64,000 bases of DNA from the IMG/VR virus record IMGVR_UViG_3300037461_000711, positions 25,319 to 89,318 of that record. One strand, written 5' to 3'. The translations under genes and the position numbers were made by a program. Shown here one piece after another: positions 55,631 to 64,000 of the stretch. The notes under the pieces were generated by a model that saw only the letters and a list, made by a program, of their open reading frames with translations, did no database searches and was not told where the DNA came from. How positions within the stretch are numbered: position 1 is the stretch's first letter; every line of letters begins with the position of its first letter. Origin of the DNA: a virus (Duplodnaviria; Caudoviricetes).

Positions 55631-57463
55631 ATGAAAACTTCTAAAATAATATTCCTCCTTGTGTTGCTATGCGGTTTATTGCCGCAAATATCTGAAGCGG
55701 GATGCACCGGAAGCAGCCCGTCATGGACTTGCACACCTGATTACACTTCCTTAAACAATCTGATAAACAACGATAATCCAGGCACGGTTCAAAATGGGGA
55801 TGTTATTAATGTTGGTGCTGGAACTGAAAGCTGGCCTGACCAATTATTAATAACAAAACCGATAAATATAGTAGGTTCTGGTGCTGGCACAACTATAATA
55901 AACGGAGGATACATCGGCAGTGGTGATAGAAGCGGGACATCATATTATTTAGTTGTTTTTCAGCCAGCATCTCCCGGTACAACCGGATTTAGTTTGAGTG
56001 GGTTCACTTTTAATTTAGGCTGGAACTCAGGTTGGCTGATGCTGCGTAATAGTTCATCGACATATCAAACAAATGTTAAAATATTCGACAACGCTGTTAA
56101 CAACGCAGACCAATCAATACATACATACGGCCATTTTTACGGAGTTGTCTACAAGAACATTATTACCCAAGAAAACAGGCCGTCATTGTGTATCAGTAAT
56201 TACGGCAACAACGCTACAACATGGGATAATTATAGTTTTGTATTCGGCTCTGCTAATAATATGTATTACGAGGACAACATAATTACTATGTGGGACTATA
56301 ATGACCACGGTTTAGGTGGTCGGTCTGCATTTAGATATAATACAATATATTACACCAATAGTAGTGCTGGTGCATATCCGCTATTTGACGCTCATGGCAA
56401 TATGGGGTCGGGTGGAAATTATGGTAGTATGGGGTTTGAACTCTATGGCAATAAAATCGTATCGACACACAATATTGGTATGAGGGTCATAGATCAGCGC
56501 GGTGGAAAGTCATTATTTTTTTATAACAATATAACATCATCGGGTGCTGTTTCCATGCAGAGCCGTGAGGAGGTTGGCGACCATTATAACCCAACTGATA
56601 ATGCCCAACCGCAGCACGTTTCTAGCACATATTATTTCCGCAACTTGAAAAACAACACAACGGAGACTGTAGCCTCAATATCACAAAACGTATGTGCGGA
56701 TTCTGTTGGAGAATCAACTCCAGTTTGTCCAACAGCTAATGACCAATACAGCGTCGACCTAGATGACGAGGTATATAATTATAACGCATCATATAATGGT
56801 AGCGGCGGCATAGGGTGTGGGACTTTGGGGAACCGACCACCAACGTGTACTGCCGGAACAGCATATTGGGCTACTAGTCAAGGGTGCTCAGATTTGAGCA
56901 ACCTAACAGGCGCTAGTAGTAATGTTAGTGGTGGTGATAGAAACCCATCAACGTATATAATCGGGACTCTGTATATATGTGGCAGTAATAATTGGAATGA
57001 TGCAACAGAGATAGTTCCCTACGAATACCCCCACCCGCTGCGAGGTGAGAGCACCCCCACCCTCACGATCCCTGCGGGCGTGGTGATCGGCGGGGGCGGG
57101 AATACCATATCTGTTTCATTTGACACCGAAGCACAAATCGGCACTGGCGGCAGTGGTGGGTGGGTGCTGAGTGCTTCAGGCGGTGCTGTGACAATGACCT
57201 ATGCTTCCGGCACTGGCACGACTACATTGGTTTATAGCCTGTCGAGAACTATATATTCAGGTGAGACAGCTACATTGGCATATACTCAGCCTTTAGGTGG
57301 TGACGGTATTGAAGCTGTGACAGGCGGCGATGATCTTGATAGCTTTTCCGGATTGTCTGTGACAAATAGCAGCACCCAAACGCTATCTGTAGCTGTACCT
57401 ACTGGAGTTTCGGTAACTAGTGGGGGCGGGGTTGCTTCAGGCATGTCGATTGGTGGTATGTAA
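55631..57463 (+). CDS. exported beta-helix (pectin lyase-like) protein with C-terminal Ig-like domain
   Basis: Signal peptide; GDVINVGAGT...ITKPINIVGSG N-terminus; Asn/Gly-rich repeats (YEDN, FRYNTI, ELYGNKI, FFYNNI). Confidence 0.7.
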   Translation: MKTSKIIFLLVLLCGLLPQISEAGCTGSSPSWTCTPDYTSLNNLINNDNPGTVQNGDVINVGAGTESWPDQLLITKPINIVGSGAGTTIINGGYIGSGDRSGTSYYLVVFQPASPGTTGFSLSGFTFNLGWNSGWLMLRNSSSTYQTNVKIFDNAVNNADQSIHTYGHFYGVVYKNIITQENRPSLCISNYGNNATTWDNYSFVFGSANNMYYEDNIITMWDYNDHGLGGRSAFRYNTIYYTNSSAGAYPLFDAHGNMGSGGNYGSMGFELYGNKIVSTHNIGMRVIDQRGGKSLFFYNNITSSGAVSMQSREEVGDHYNPTDNAQPQHVSSTYYFRNLKNNTTETVASISQNVCADSVGESTPVCPTANDQYSVDLDDEVYNYNASYNGSGGIGCGTLGNRPPTCTAGTAYWATSQGCSDLSNLTGASSNVSGGDRNPSTYIIGTLYICGSNNWNDATEIVPYEYPHPLRGESTPTLTIPAGVVIGGGGNTISVSFDTEAQIGTGGSGGWVLSASGGAVTMTYASGTGTTTLVYSLSRTIYSGETATLAYTQPLGGDGIEAVTGGDDLDSFSGLSVTNSSTQTLSVAVPTGVSVTSGGGVASGMSIGGM

Positions 57464-57503
57464 TTTGAAATTTAATCAGAGGTGATGGAAGGTGATATGA
57501 AAC

Positions 57504-59447
57504 ATGACAATATCATTTATAAACTTCACCTCTGGAGGTAGCACTGCCGCAGCATCCATAACCATCAATAAGCCCACCAGCACCCAACAAGGCGATTTGA
57601 TGGTTGCTTTAATTATTGTAGAAGACGCAACAGATCGAATCAACATAGCTCCTGGTGCCGCACCTTCGGGGTGGTCACTTCTTCTTAACACTGCTCTTTC
57701 TACCAGAATCCATCGACAATATGTTTACAGCAAAGTTGCCGGGGCTTCAGAACCGGCTTCGTATACGTGGTCGCTCAATTCGTCTGATGAGGTTTGTGGA
57801 GGCATTTCTACCTTTCGTGGTGATGGCAGTTTATCAGTTACAGCCAACCTTGCCCAAGTAAACAACTCAACTACGGCAAACTGCACGGCCCCAAGTGTTT
57901 CTGTTTTAATTGGGGATATGGTCATTCATTGTGCCAGTTCGATGTATGGCACAACTTGGTCTCCCCCGACAAATTACACCGAATGTTTAGACTATCGCAC
58001 AGGTACGGGTTCGGGTAATATAAGTTGTTCCATGCACCGAAGAGTTTGGCCCTCATCCGGCACAACGGGTACTCAAATAGCTGTTGCGGCCAATGCTGAT
58101 TACAATGTGGGGTCACACATAGTTTTGCATGAAACCCCTCTACCTACGACTTCCACCACAACATCATCATCGTCTTCCACCACGACTACAACAGTTGATC
58201 TTGGGGCTGCCAGTAGTATCCCATTCAAAGATGACCCTACTGAGTTCAGGTCTGATGGGGCTACGTTTTACCCTCATATACCTTCAAATGCTACGACCAG
58301 CACCACCACAAGCTCCACTACTACGAGTACCACTACCACAAGCTCATCAACCAGCAGCACGACAAGTTCAACGTCAACGTCATCTTCCACGTCATCTTCC
58401 ACAACCATAACCATTGGTGTAACTCAAACAATCGACATATTTTTTAAGGACACCGTTGATGAACGCTGGCAGGATGAAGATGTTCAATTTGTACCTCATG
58501 AAGGTATAGGGGTTTGCACGACAAGTTCCACTACTACTACCTCTTCGAGCACGAGTTCATCCAGCACCACGTCTTGTACTACAACGAGTTCATCGTCTTC
58601 GACCACTACAACTTGTTCCACTACCAGTTCATCGTCTTCGACCACTACGAGTTCAAGCAGCAGTACCACAACGAGTTCCACCACTACAACGAGTTCAAGT
58701 TCGTCTACAACGAGTTCCACTACTTTTTCGACTTCATCGACCACGAGTAGTTCCACCACTACGTCGAGTTCATCATCTTCGACGATTACCCCCTTAACCA
58801 CTCATAGCACGGTCAGCAGCACTTCGTCTTCCACCACAACTTGTTCGACCACAACCTCAAGCAGCACGAGTAGTTCCACAACGCTATCGAGCACTTCAAC
58901 TTCTACGAGTTCGAGTACCACCACGTCGAGTTCGACAACAACCACGAGTTCGAGCACGAGTTCTACCACCACAACGAGTTCGACAACGTGCAGTTCAACT
59001 ACAACCTCCACTACTTCATCGTCAAGTACGTCAAGTTCGAGCACGAGTTCGAGCACCACAACGTCTTCAACAATGTCCACCACCACAACGACCTATCCAG
59101 GGTTGTATATGGGGTCGGTGTGTTTTGGTCATGTAACGGCGATTGAAGAGCTTTGGTCTAAACCGTTTGCCGGTAATTGGTCTGGTTCTGGCACAATTCG
59201 GGGGTCTGGCGATTCTGAAGAGATCGGGCTTCATACCGGCGACAGTATGGAAATGAACGCGCCTTGGCGAATTGGTGATACTCGAAAACGGGTTGTGCTG
59301 AAGTTGAATAAGTATGGTTCCGGCGATGATTTCGTGATAAAATACAAGAAAGGAACAACGATAGCAGAGTGCAATGGCAGCGAGTGGTTGCTTTACACAG
59401 GCCCGTTTACCCACGTAGGGTATATTCGGGTAAGAGTGGAAAAGTAA
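57504..59447 (+). CDS. mucin-like Ser/Thr-rich protein with globular N- and C-terminal domains
   Basis: N-terminal beta domain (TINKPTSTQQGDLMVAL...PSGW), three S/T tracts separated by acidic spacers, globular C-terminus; no signal peptide. Confidence 0.8.
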   Translation: MTISFINFTSGGSTAAASITINKPTSTQQGDLMVALIIVEDATDRINIAPGAAPSGWSLLLNTALSTRIHRQYVYSKVAGASEPASYTWSLNSSDEVCGGISTFRGDGSLSVTANLAQVNNSTTANCTAPSVSVLIGDMVIHCASSMYGTTWSPPTNYTECLDYRTGTGSGNISCSMHRRVWPSSGTTGTQIAVAANADYNVGSHIVLHETPLPTTSTTTSSSSSTTTTTVDLGAASSIPFKDDPTEFRSDGATFYPHIPSNATTSTTTSSTTTSTTTTSSSTSSTTSSTSTSSSTSSSTTITIGVTQTIDIFFKDTVDERWQDEDVQFVPHEGIGVCTTSSTTTTSSSTSSSSTTSCTTTSSSSSTTTTCSTTSSSSSTTTSSSSSTTTSSTTTTSSSSSTTSSTTFSTSSTTSSSTTTSSSSSSTITPLTTHSTVSSTSSSTTTCSTTTSSSTSSSTTLSSTSTSTSSSTTTSSSTTTTSSSTSSTTTTSSTTCSSTTTSTTSSSSTSSSSTSSSTTTSSTMSTTTTTYPGLYMGSVCFGHVTAIEELWSKPFAGNWSGSGTIRGSGDSEEIGLHTGDSMEMNAPWRIGDTRKRVVLKLNKYGSGDDFVIKYKKGTTIAECNGSEWLLYTGPFTHVGYIRVRVEK

Positions 59448-59448
59448 G

Positions 59449-62400
59449 ATGGCAACCGTTACCTACGAATTTAATGCGTGGGACTCAGGCAACCCAGGTG
59501 CTTGGGATACTGATGGTGCCAAAATAGTAGATGGAGACAATGGTACTTATGGCAGAGATAATGATAATGGGAGTTACGCTCAACTAACAGGTAATTCTTG
59601 TGCGGGTACGAACTTAGGCACGATTACCGGGGTTTCGCTTGCAGCTATATGGTCAAGCAACAGTACCATAGCAAATATTAAATTTAGACTGACTCCCTAT
59701 TTTGGTGGGAGCAGCGTTGGTGACAACCACGATGCTACCACAGCCATAGCAGAGGGTTCTCAGAACTGGTCTGAAGAGTTTTCAATTTATTCAGATACAA
59801 ATGCTCCAGGTACGTGGAGCTGGTCTGATGTTCAAAATCTCGATTGTCGTGTTACGGTAGTTCGGGGTGCCACTGGTAGAGTAAATATTTATGTAGTTAG
59901 AATAACAGTTACATACACCCCGGCAGCAACCACTTCTTCCACTACAAGTTCCTCTTCCACTACAAGCAGCACCACCACGAGTTCATCTACGACAACCTTT
60001 TCGAGCACCACGAGTTCTTCGTCAACATCTTTTTCCACCACTTCGAGCACAGCAAGCACTCTTTCTACCACTACGAGTTCAACCACGACTTCTACCATGT
60101 CAACGGTTACGATTTCGGCTTCGTATGAAGCTGACGTAACCTTTGCCGATGGAGATGTTGAATTTCAACCGACTGAAGATGTCAGTTTCGAAAAGCATAG
60201 TTCTAGCTCTTCTACCACGACTTCAACCACAAGCCCTTCGGTAACTTTGTCAAGCACCACCAGTTCGAGTACCACTTTATCCACAACGAGTTCTTCTACT
60301 TTATCCACCACTACGTCTGGCAGCACCACTTGTTCGAGTACGACAACATCTTCCACCAGTTTCAGCACAACCACCAGTTCGAGTACCACATTCAGTTCCA
60401 CTTGTTCGAGTACATCGACTATTTCTACCATATCCACCACAAGTACGACTGAACCGGGCGAAACGAGTTCCAGTACTACTTCGACTTCGAGCACTTGCAG
60501 CACCACGGCTTCTACCCTGTCAACGTCATCGACAGCCCCGATTGAGGTTGTGACTGAGGCAGAAGTCACGTTTGCCGATGGTGACGTAGAGTTTCAGCCG
60601 ACAGAAGATGTGATCTTTGAGAAGCATCTTTCCACCTCTTCAACTACTTCCACCACTCATACGACAACGAGTTCTACCACCACGAGTTCAAGTTCGACAA
60701 CCGGCTCTACCACCACAAGCAGCACCACGACCACCCACACCAGCACAACGAGTTCGAGTTCGACTACCACGAGTTCTTCCACTACTGTTTCAAGCTCAAG
60801 CAGCAGTAGTTCCACCACGCTATCAAGTACCACGAGTTCATCGACCACTTTTTCTTCAACCACCACCTCTTTAACAACCACGTCAAGCAGCACGACCACA
60901 AGCACGTCTGCTACGAGCACAAGTTCGAGCACACAGTCTTCCACCTCAACCTTTTCGACCACCACGAGTTCGAGTTCGACCAGTAGTTCCAGCACAACTT
61001 ACTCAAGCACCACAACCACATTCACGAGTACCACGAGTTCATCGACCACTTCTTCAAGTTCGAGTTCGAGTAGTACCACTACACTTTCCACCACGACCAT
61101 CAGCACCACCACGTCAAGCACGAGCAGCACGAGTGTATCCACCACTACTCTGAGTTCAACCAGTTCGAGCACTACGACATCCAGCACGTTCTCAAGCAGT
61201 ACCACGACTTGTTCGACTCTTTCCACTACCAGTTCGAGTACAACTACTTTTTCTTCGACCACGAGCAGTTCCAGTACTTGTAGCACCACGGCTTCAACAG
61301 TTTCGACTTCTTCAACATCCCCCATTGATGTTGTGACCGAGGCTGAAGTTACATTCGTTGATGGTGACGTAGAATTTCAACCGACAGAAGATGTTATTTT
61401 TGAAAAGCATTTATCAACATCTTCCACCACCAGCACCACGATTACAACCACGAGTTCGAGCACATCGAGTTCTACCACCACACTTTCAAGCACCACCACC
61501 CATACGACTGTCAGCACAAGTTCGTCTTCCACCACAACGAGTTCGAGCACATTCTCAAGTACCACTTCAAGCAGCACCACCTATAGTTCCACTACCAGTT
61601 CGAGCACCACCGTAACAAGCTCTTCGAGTTCGACCACGACCACAGGCTCTACGGGTAGTACGACTACAAGTTCCACTACCAGTTCGAGCACCACTCATAG
61701 TTCCACCACGTCGAGCAGTTCAAGCACTACGGTTTCAACAATTTCGACGACGTCCACCACTAAGCCAGTTTCAGTAGTTACCAAAGCAGAAACCACCTTT
61801 GTTGATGGGGACGTGGAGTTTCAACCCACTGAAGACGTAATTTTCGAACAGCATCTATCAAGCAGTTCGACCACAACGAGTTCCACTACCACAAGCAGCA
61901 CGACTACAAGTTCTTCCACTTCGACGGTTAGCACAACGTCGAGTTCATCATCCACCACAACCACAACGATTGTTACCACTACTTCAAGCACGGTCAGCAC
62001 GAGTTCATCGAGCAGCACAACGAGTTCGACCACCAGCAGCAGCACTCATACAACACTTTCGACCACAACGAGTTCCACTTTATCGAGCACGAGTTCGAGT
62101 AGTACGACTTCAACCACATCGAGTTCGAGTTCTACCACCACGAGCAGTTTTTCCACCACTACCAGCAGCACCGGCACTTCGAGTTCAAGTTCAACAAGCA
62201 CCACATCGAGTTCGACTTCGACAACGAGTTCAAGTTCTTCCAGCACTACCATTTCAACCACGACCAGTTCCTATTCTACTACCACAACTACATCAAGCAC
62301 CACCACGAGCACAAGCACGAGTTCGTCAAGCAGCAGTAGCTCCACCACGACGATTTCAAGCACTTCCACCAGCACGATTTCATCGACAAGTTCCAGCAGC

Positions 62401-64000
62401 ACAGCTTCTACAATCAGCACGATCAGCACCACGAGCACGAGTTCGACAACGAGTTCCACCACAACTTCAAGCAGCACCAGCACCTATTCGACTTCATCAA
62501 CCTTTTTACCCGCCGAGTTTATTCTGGATGATATTGTCATTGGTCTTTCGTCAACCAGCACGACCACGACAACCAGCACCACGACAACTACAAGTTCGTC
62601 AAGCAGTACCACGAGTAGTTCCACCACTACGTCGAGTTCAAGCACCACGAGCACGAGTTCGTCAAGCTCTTCGAGCACTTGTTCCACTCTGTCTACGACT
62701 TCGAGTTCAAGCGTCACGTCAAGTTCTTCGAGCACGAGTTCGACAACGAGTTCGAGTTCTTCCACCTGTACCAGTACGTCAACCACGAGTTCGAGCACAA
62801 CCAGTTCGTGTTCGAGCAGTTCCACCATTTCAACGATCAGCACCACGTCAAGCACCACAACCACAAGCTCATCGACCACCAGTACCACACAACTGACCAC
62901 CACTTCGAGCACCACGAGTAGTTCGAGCTCCACTACTCACACGACAACGAGCAGTTCCACTACTTCAAGTTCGAGTTCGTCTTCGAGCACGACTTTCTCT
63001 ACCCTATCGACCACGAGCAGTTCCACAACAAGTTCAAGTTCGACCACTACGAGTTCCACCACGGTTTCTTCGAGTTCAAGCACAACCAGCAGCAGCACAA
63101 CTCTTTCAACCACAACCAGCAGCACTACGAGTTCGAGTTTCACCACAAGTTCAAGTTCGACTTCAAGCAGCAGCAGCAGCACTACCCACACAACCGTCAG
63201 CACGACTTCAAGCAGTACGAGCACGAGTTCCACCACTACTACGAGTTCGACTTCAACAAGTTCAAGCACTACGACCAGTTCGTGTTCCACAACCACGACT
63301 ACTCGCAGCGGGTGGACTTCATCGTCTTCAACCACGTCGAGTTCCACAACCACGAGTTCGACTTCGACATCGAGCACGACCCACTCATCGACTTCCACAT
63401 ATTCGTCAACCTCAACTTTGTCGAGTACAAGCACGAGTTCTAGTACCAGCACGACTTCATCGACAAGCTCTACCTCCACTACCTTTGCCCCGACAGCTTG
63501 GGTATGGGGTGAAGCTGAAGCCAACACCACGCTTCAGATAGCCGACCTTAGAACCTATCGAATTGTCATACCGGCTGAGTACATTCGACGCTCTGGCAAC
63601 TTCATTCAGCTATACATTCGAGGGTCGGCAGCAGCAGATTCTCCATTCACGATTCAGAAAATGTACGTGGGTCATGCCTCACAATCTCCAGGGGCAGACC
63701 AGTACGATTTCGACCTAACCCGCAAACAGGTAAAGTTCAATGGGTCAGCGAGCATCACACTTGACTATAACGAGTCCACTCTTTCTGACACAATTTTCTA
63801 TGACGTTACAGCCGATAGACCACTGGTTGTATCGGCCTATATTCGGTGTTCGGCAGTAAGAACAGTTTATGCTTCGCTTCGTGCGCAATCTGGGGCATTT
63901 CATTATTACAAGCGCACGGTTGATGACGCGGCTACCTACGATGCGTTTGGTTATATTGGACCGATCAACAGCGCCCCGTTCGTGTTTGGAGTTTGGGGGG
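59449..64000 (+). CDS. giant mucin-like Ser/Thr-rich protein (>1517 aa), runs off the right edge
   Basis: Not in the track because there is no stop in the window. ATG at 59449 (MATVTYEFNAWDSG...); S/T tracts from about 59925 to 63485 broken by repeated FxDGDVEFQPTEDVxFExH modules; globular domain open at 64000. Frame was spot-checked, not read codon by codon. Confidence 0.85.
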   Translation, partial: MATVTYEFNAWDSGNPGAWDTDGAKIVDGDNGTYGRDNDNGSYAQLTGNSCAGTNLGTITGVSLAAIWSSNSTIANIKFRLTPYFGGSSVGDNHDATTAIAEGSQNWSEEFSIYSDTNAPGTWSWSDVQNLDCRVTVVRGATGRVNIYVVRITVTYTPAATTSSTTSSSSTTSSTTTSSSTTTFSSTTSSSSTSFSTTSSTASTLSTTTSSTTTSTMSTVTISASYEADVTFADGDVEFQPTEDVSFEKHSSSSSTTTSTTSPSVTLSSTTSSSTTLSTTSSSTLSTTTSGSTTCSSTTTSSTSFSTTTSSSTTFSSTCSSTSTISTISTTSTTEPGETSSSTTSTSSTCSTTASTLSTSSTAPIEVVTEAEVTFADGDVEFQPTEDVIFEKHLSTSSTTSTTHTTTSSTTTSSSSTTGSTTTSSTTTTHTSTTSSSSTTTSSSTTVSSSSSSSSTTLSSTTSSSTTFSSTTTSLTTTSSSTTTSTSATSTSSSTQSSTSTFSTTTSSSSTSSSSTTYSSTTTTFTSTTSSSTTSSSSSSSSTTTLSTTTISTTTSSTSSTSVSTTTLSSTSSSTTTSSTFSSSTTTCSTLSTTSSSTTTFSSTTSSSSTCSTTASTVSTSSTSPIDVVTEAEVTFVDGDVEFQPTEDVIFEKHLSTSSTTSTTITTTSSSTSSSTTTLSSTTTHTTVSTSSSSTTTSSSTFSSTTSSSTTYSSTTSSSTTVTSSSSSTTTTGSTGSTTTSSTTSSSTTHSSTTSSSSSTTVSTISTTSTTKPVSVVTKAETTFVDGDVEFQPTEDVIFEQHLSSSSTTTSSTTTSSTTTSSSTSTVSTTSSSSSTTTTTIVTTTSSTVSTSSSSSTTSSTTSSSTHTTLSTTTSSTLSSTSSSSTTSTTSSSSSTTTSSFSTTTSSTGTSSSSSTSTTSSSTSTTSSSSSSTTISTTTSSYSTTTTTSSTTTSTSTSSSSSSSSTTTISSTSTSTISSTSSSSTASTISTISTTSTSSTTSSTTTSSSTSTYSTSSTFLPAEFILDDIVIGLSSTSTTTTTSTTTTTSSSSSTTSSSTTTSSSSTTSTSSSSSSSTCSTLSTTSSSSVTSSSSSTSSTTSSSSSTCTSTSTTSSSTTSSCSSSSTISTISTTSSTTTTSSSTTSTTQLTTTSSTTSSSSSTTHTTTSSSTTSSSSSSSSTTFSTLSTTSSSTTSSSSTTTSSTTVSSSSSTTSSSTTLSTTTSSTTSSSFTTSSSSTSSSSSSTTHTTVSTTSSSTSTSSTTTTSSTSTSSSTTTSSCSTTTTTRSGWTSSSSTTSSSTTTSSTSTSSTTHSSTSTYSSTSTLSSTSTSSSTSTTSSTSSTSTTFAPTAWVWGEAEANTTLQIADLRTYRIVIPAEYIRRSGNFIQLYIRGSAAADSPFTIQKMYVGHASQSPGADQYDFDLTRKQVKFNGSASITLDYNESTLSDTIFYDVTADRPLVVSAYIRCSAVRTVYASLRAQSGAFHYYKRTVDDAATYDAFGYIGPINSAPFVFGVWG

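Noticed and set aside
58496-63530. Many minus-strand ORFs rich in Val/Glu/Leu, and off-frame plus-strand ORFs rich in His/Arg/Gln/Pro
   Set aside because: They are shadows of the Ser/Thr codon repeats of the plus-strand mucin-like genes. The same applies at 46030-46474.
1-64000. Stop-codon reassignment or a diversity-generating retroelement
   Set aside because: Genes are full length under the standard code and end in TAA, TAG or TGA. No reverse transcriptase or template/variable repeat pair was seen.

Overview
This window is a 64-kb slice of a large tailed dsDNA bacteriophage genome with siphovirus-like morphogenesis genes. Sigma70-type promoters and Shine-Dalgarno (SD) sites point to a bacterial host. 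No integrase, tRNA, rRNA or CRISPR array was seen. Layout: (i) 1-7.2 kb, minus strand: replication block (DnaB-like helicase running off the left edge, primase, SF2 helicase, ribbon-helix-helix regulator). (ii) 7.3 kb: a promoter-driven, three-way-junction small RNA. (iii) 7.5-14.7 kb, minus strand: small cassette-like genes, 11 of which share the leader AAGGGAGGTAGCT(xx)ATG. (iv) 14.8-18.8 kb: AT-rich, repeat-rich divergent control region. (v) 18.8-23.9 kb, plus strand: small genes and an NlpC/P60 hydrolase. (vi) 23.9-46.9 kb: packaging, head and tail genes. (vii) 47-53 kb: four glycosyltransferases interleaved with three methyltransferases. (viii) 53.5-57.5 kb: four exported proteins. (ix) 57.5-64 kb: mucin-like Ser/Thr proteins, the last (>1517 aa) running off the right edge and missing from the ORF track. 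Three candidate systems stand out. First, the sRNA's two unpaired segments are exact complements of the two conserved elements in the early-gene leaders, suggesting a multi-target translational switch. Second, a putative virion O-glycosylation system: glycosyltransferase/methyltransferase cluster, T(5+)-Ala-stop tails on capsid, tail tube and a neck protein, and mucin-like fibres. Third, a short KQLV[IV]R[RK] peptide tag on the termini of many unrelated proteins, including terminase and portal. All functional calls come from motif recognition by eye; no database searches were run.
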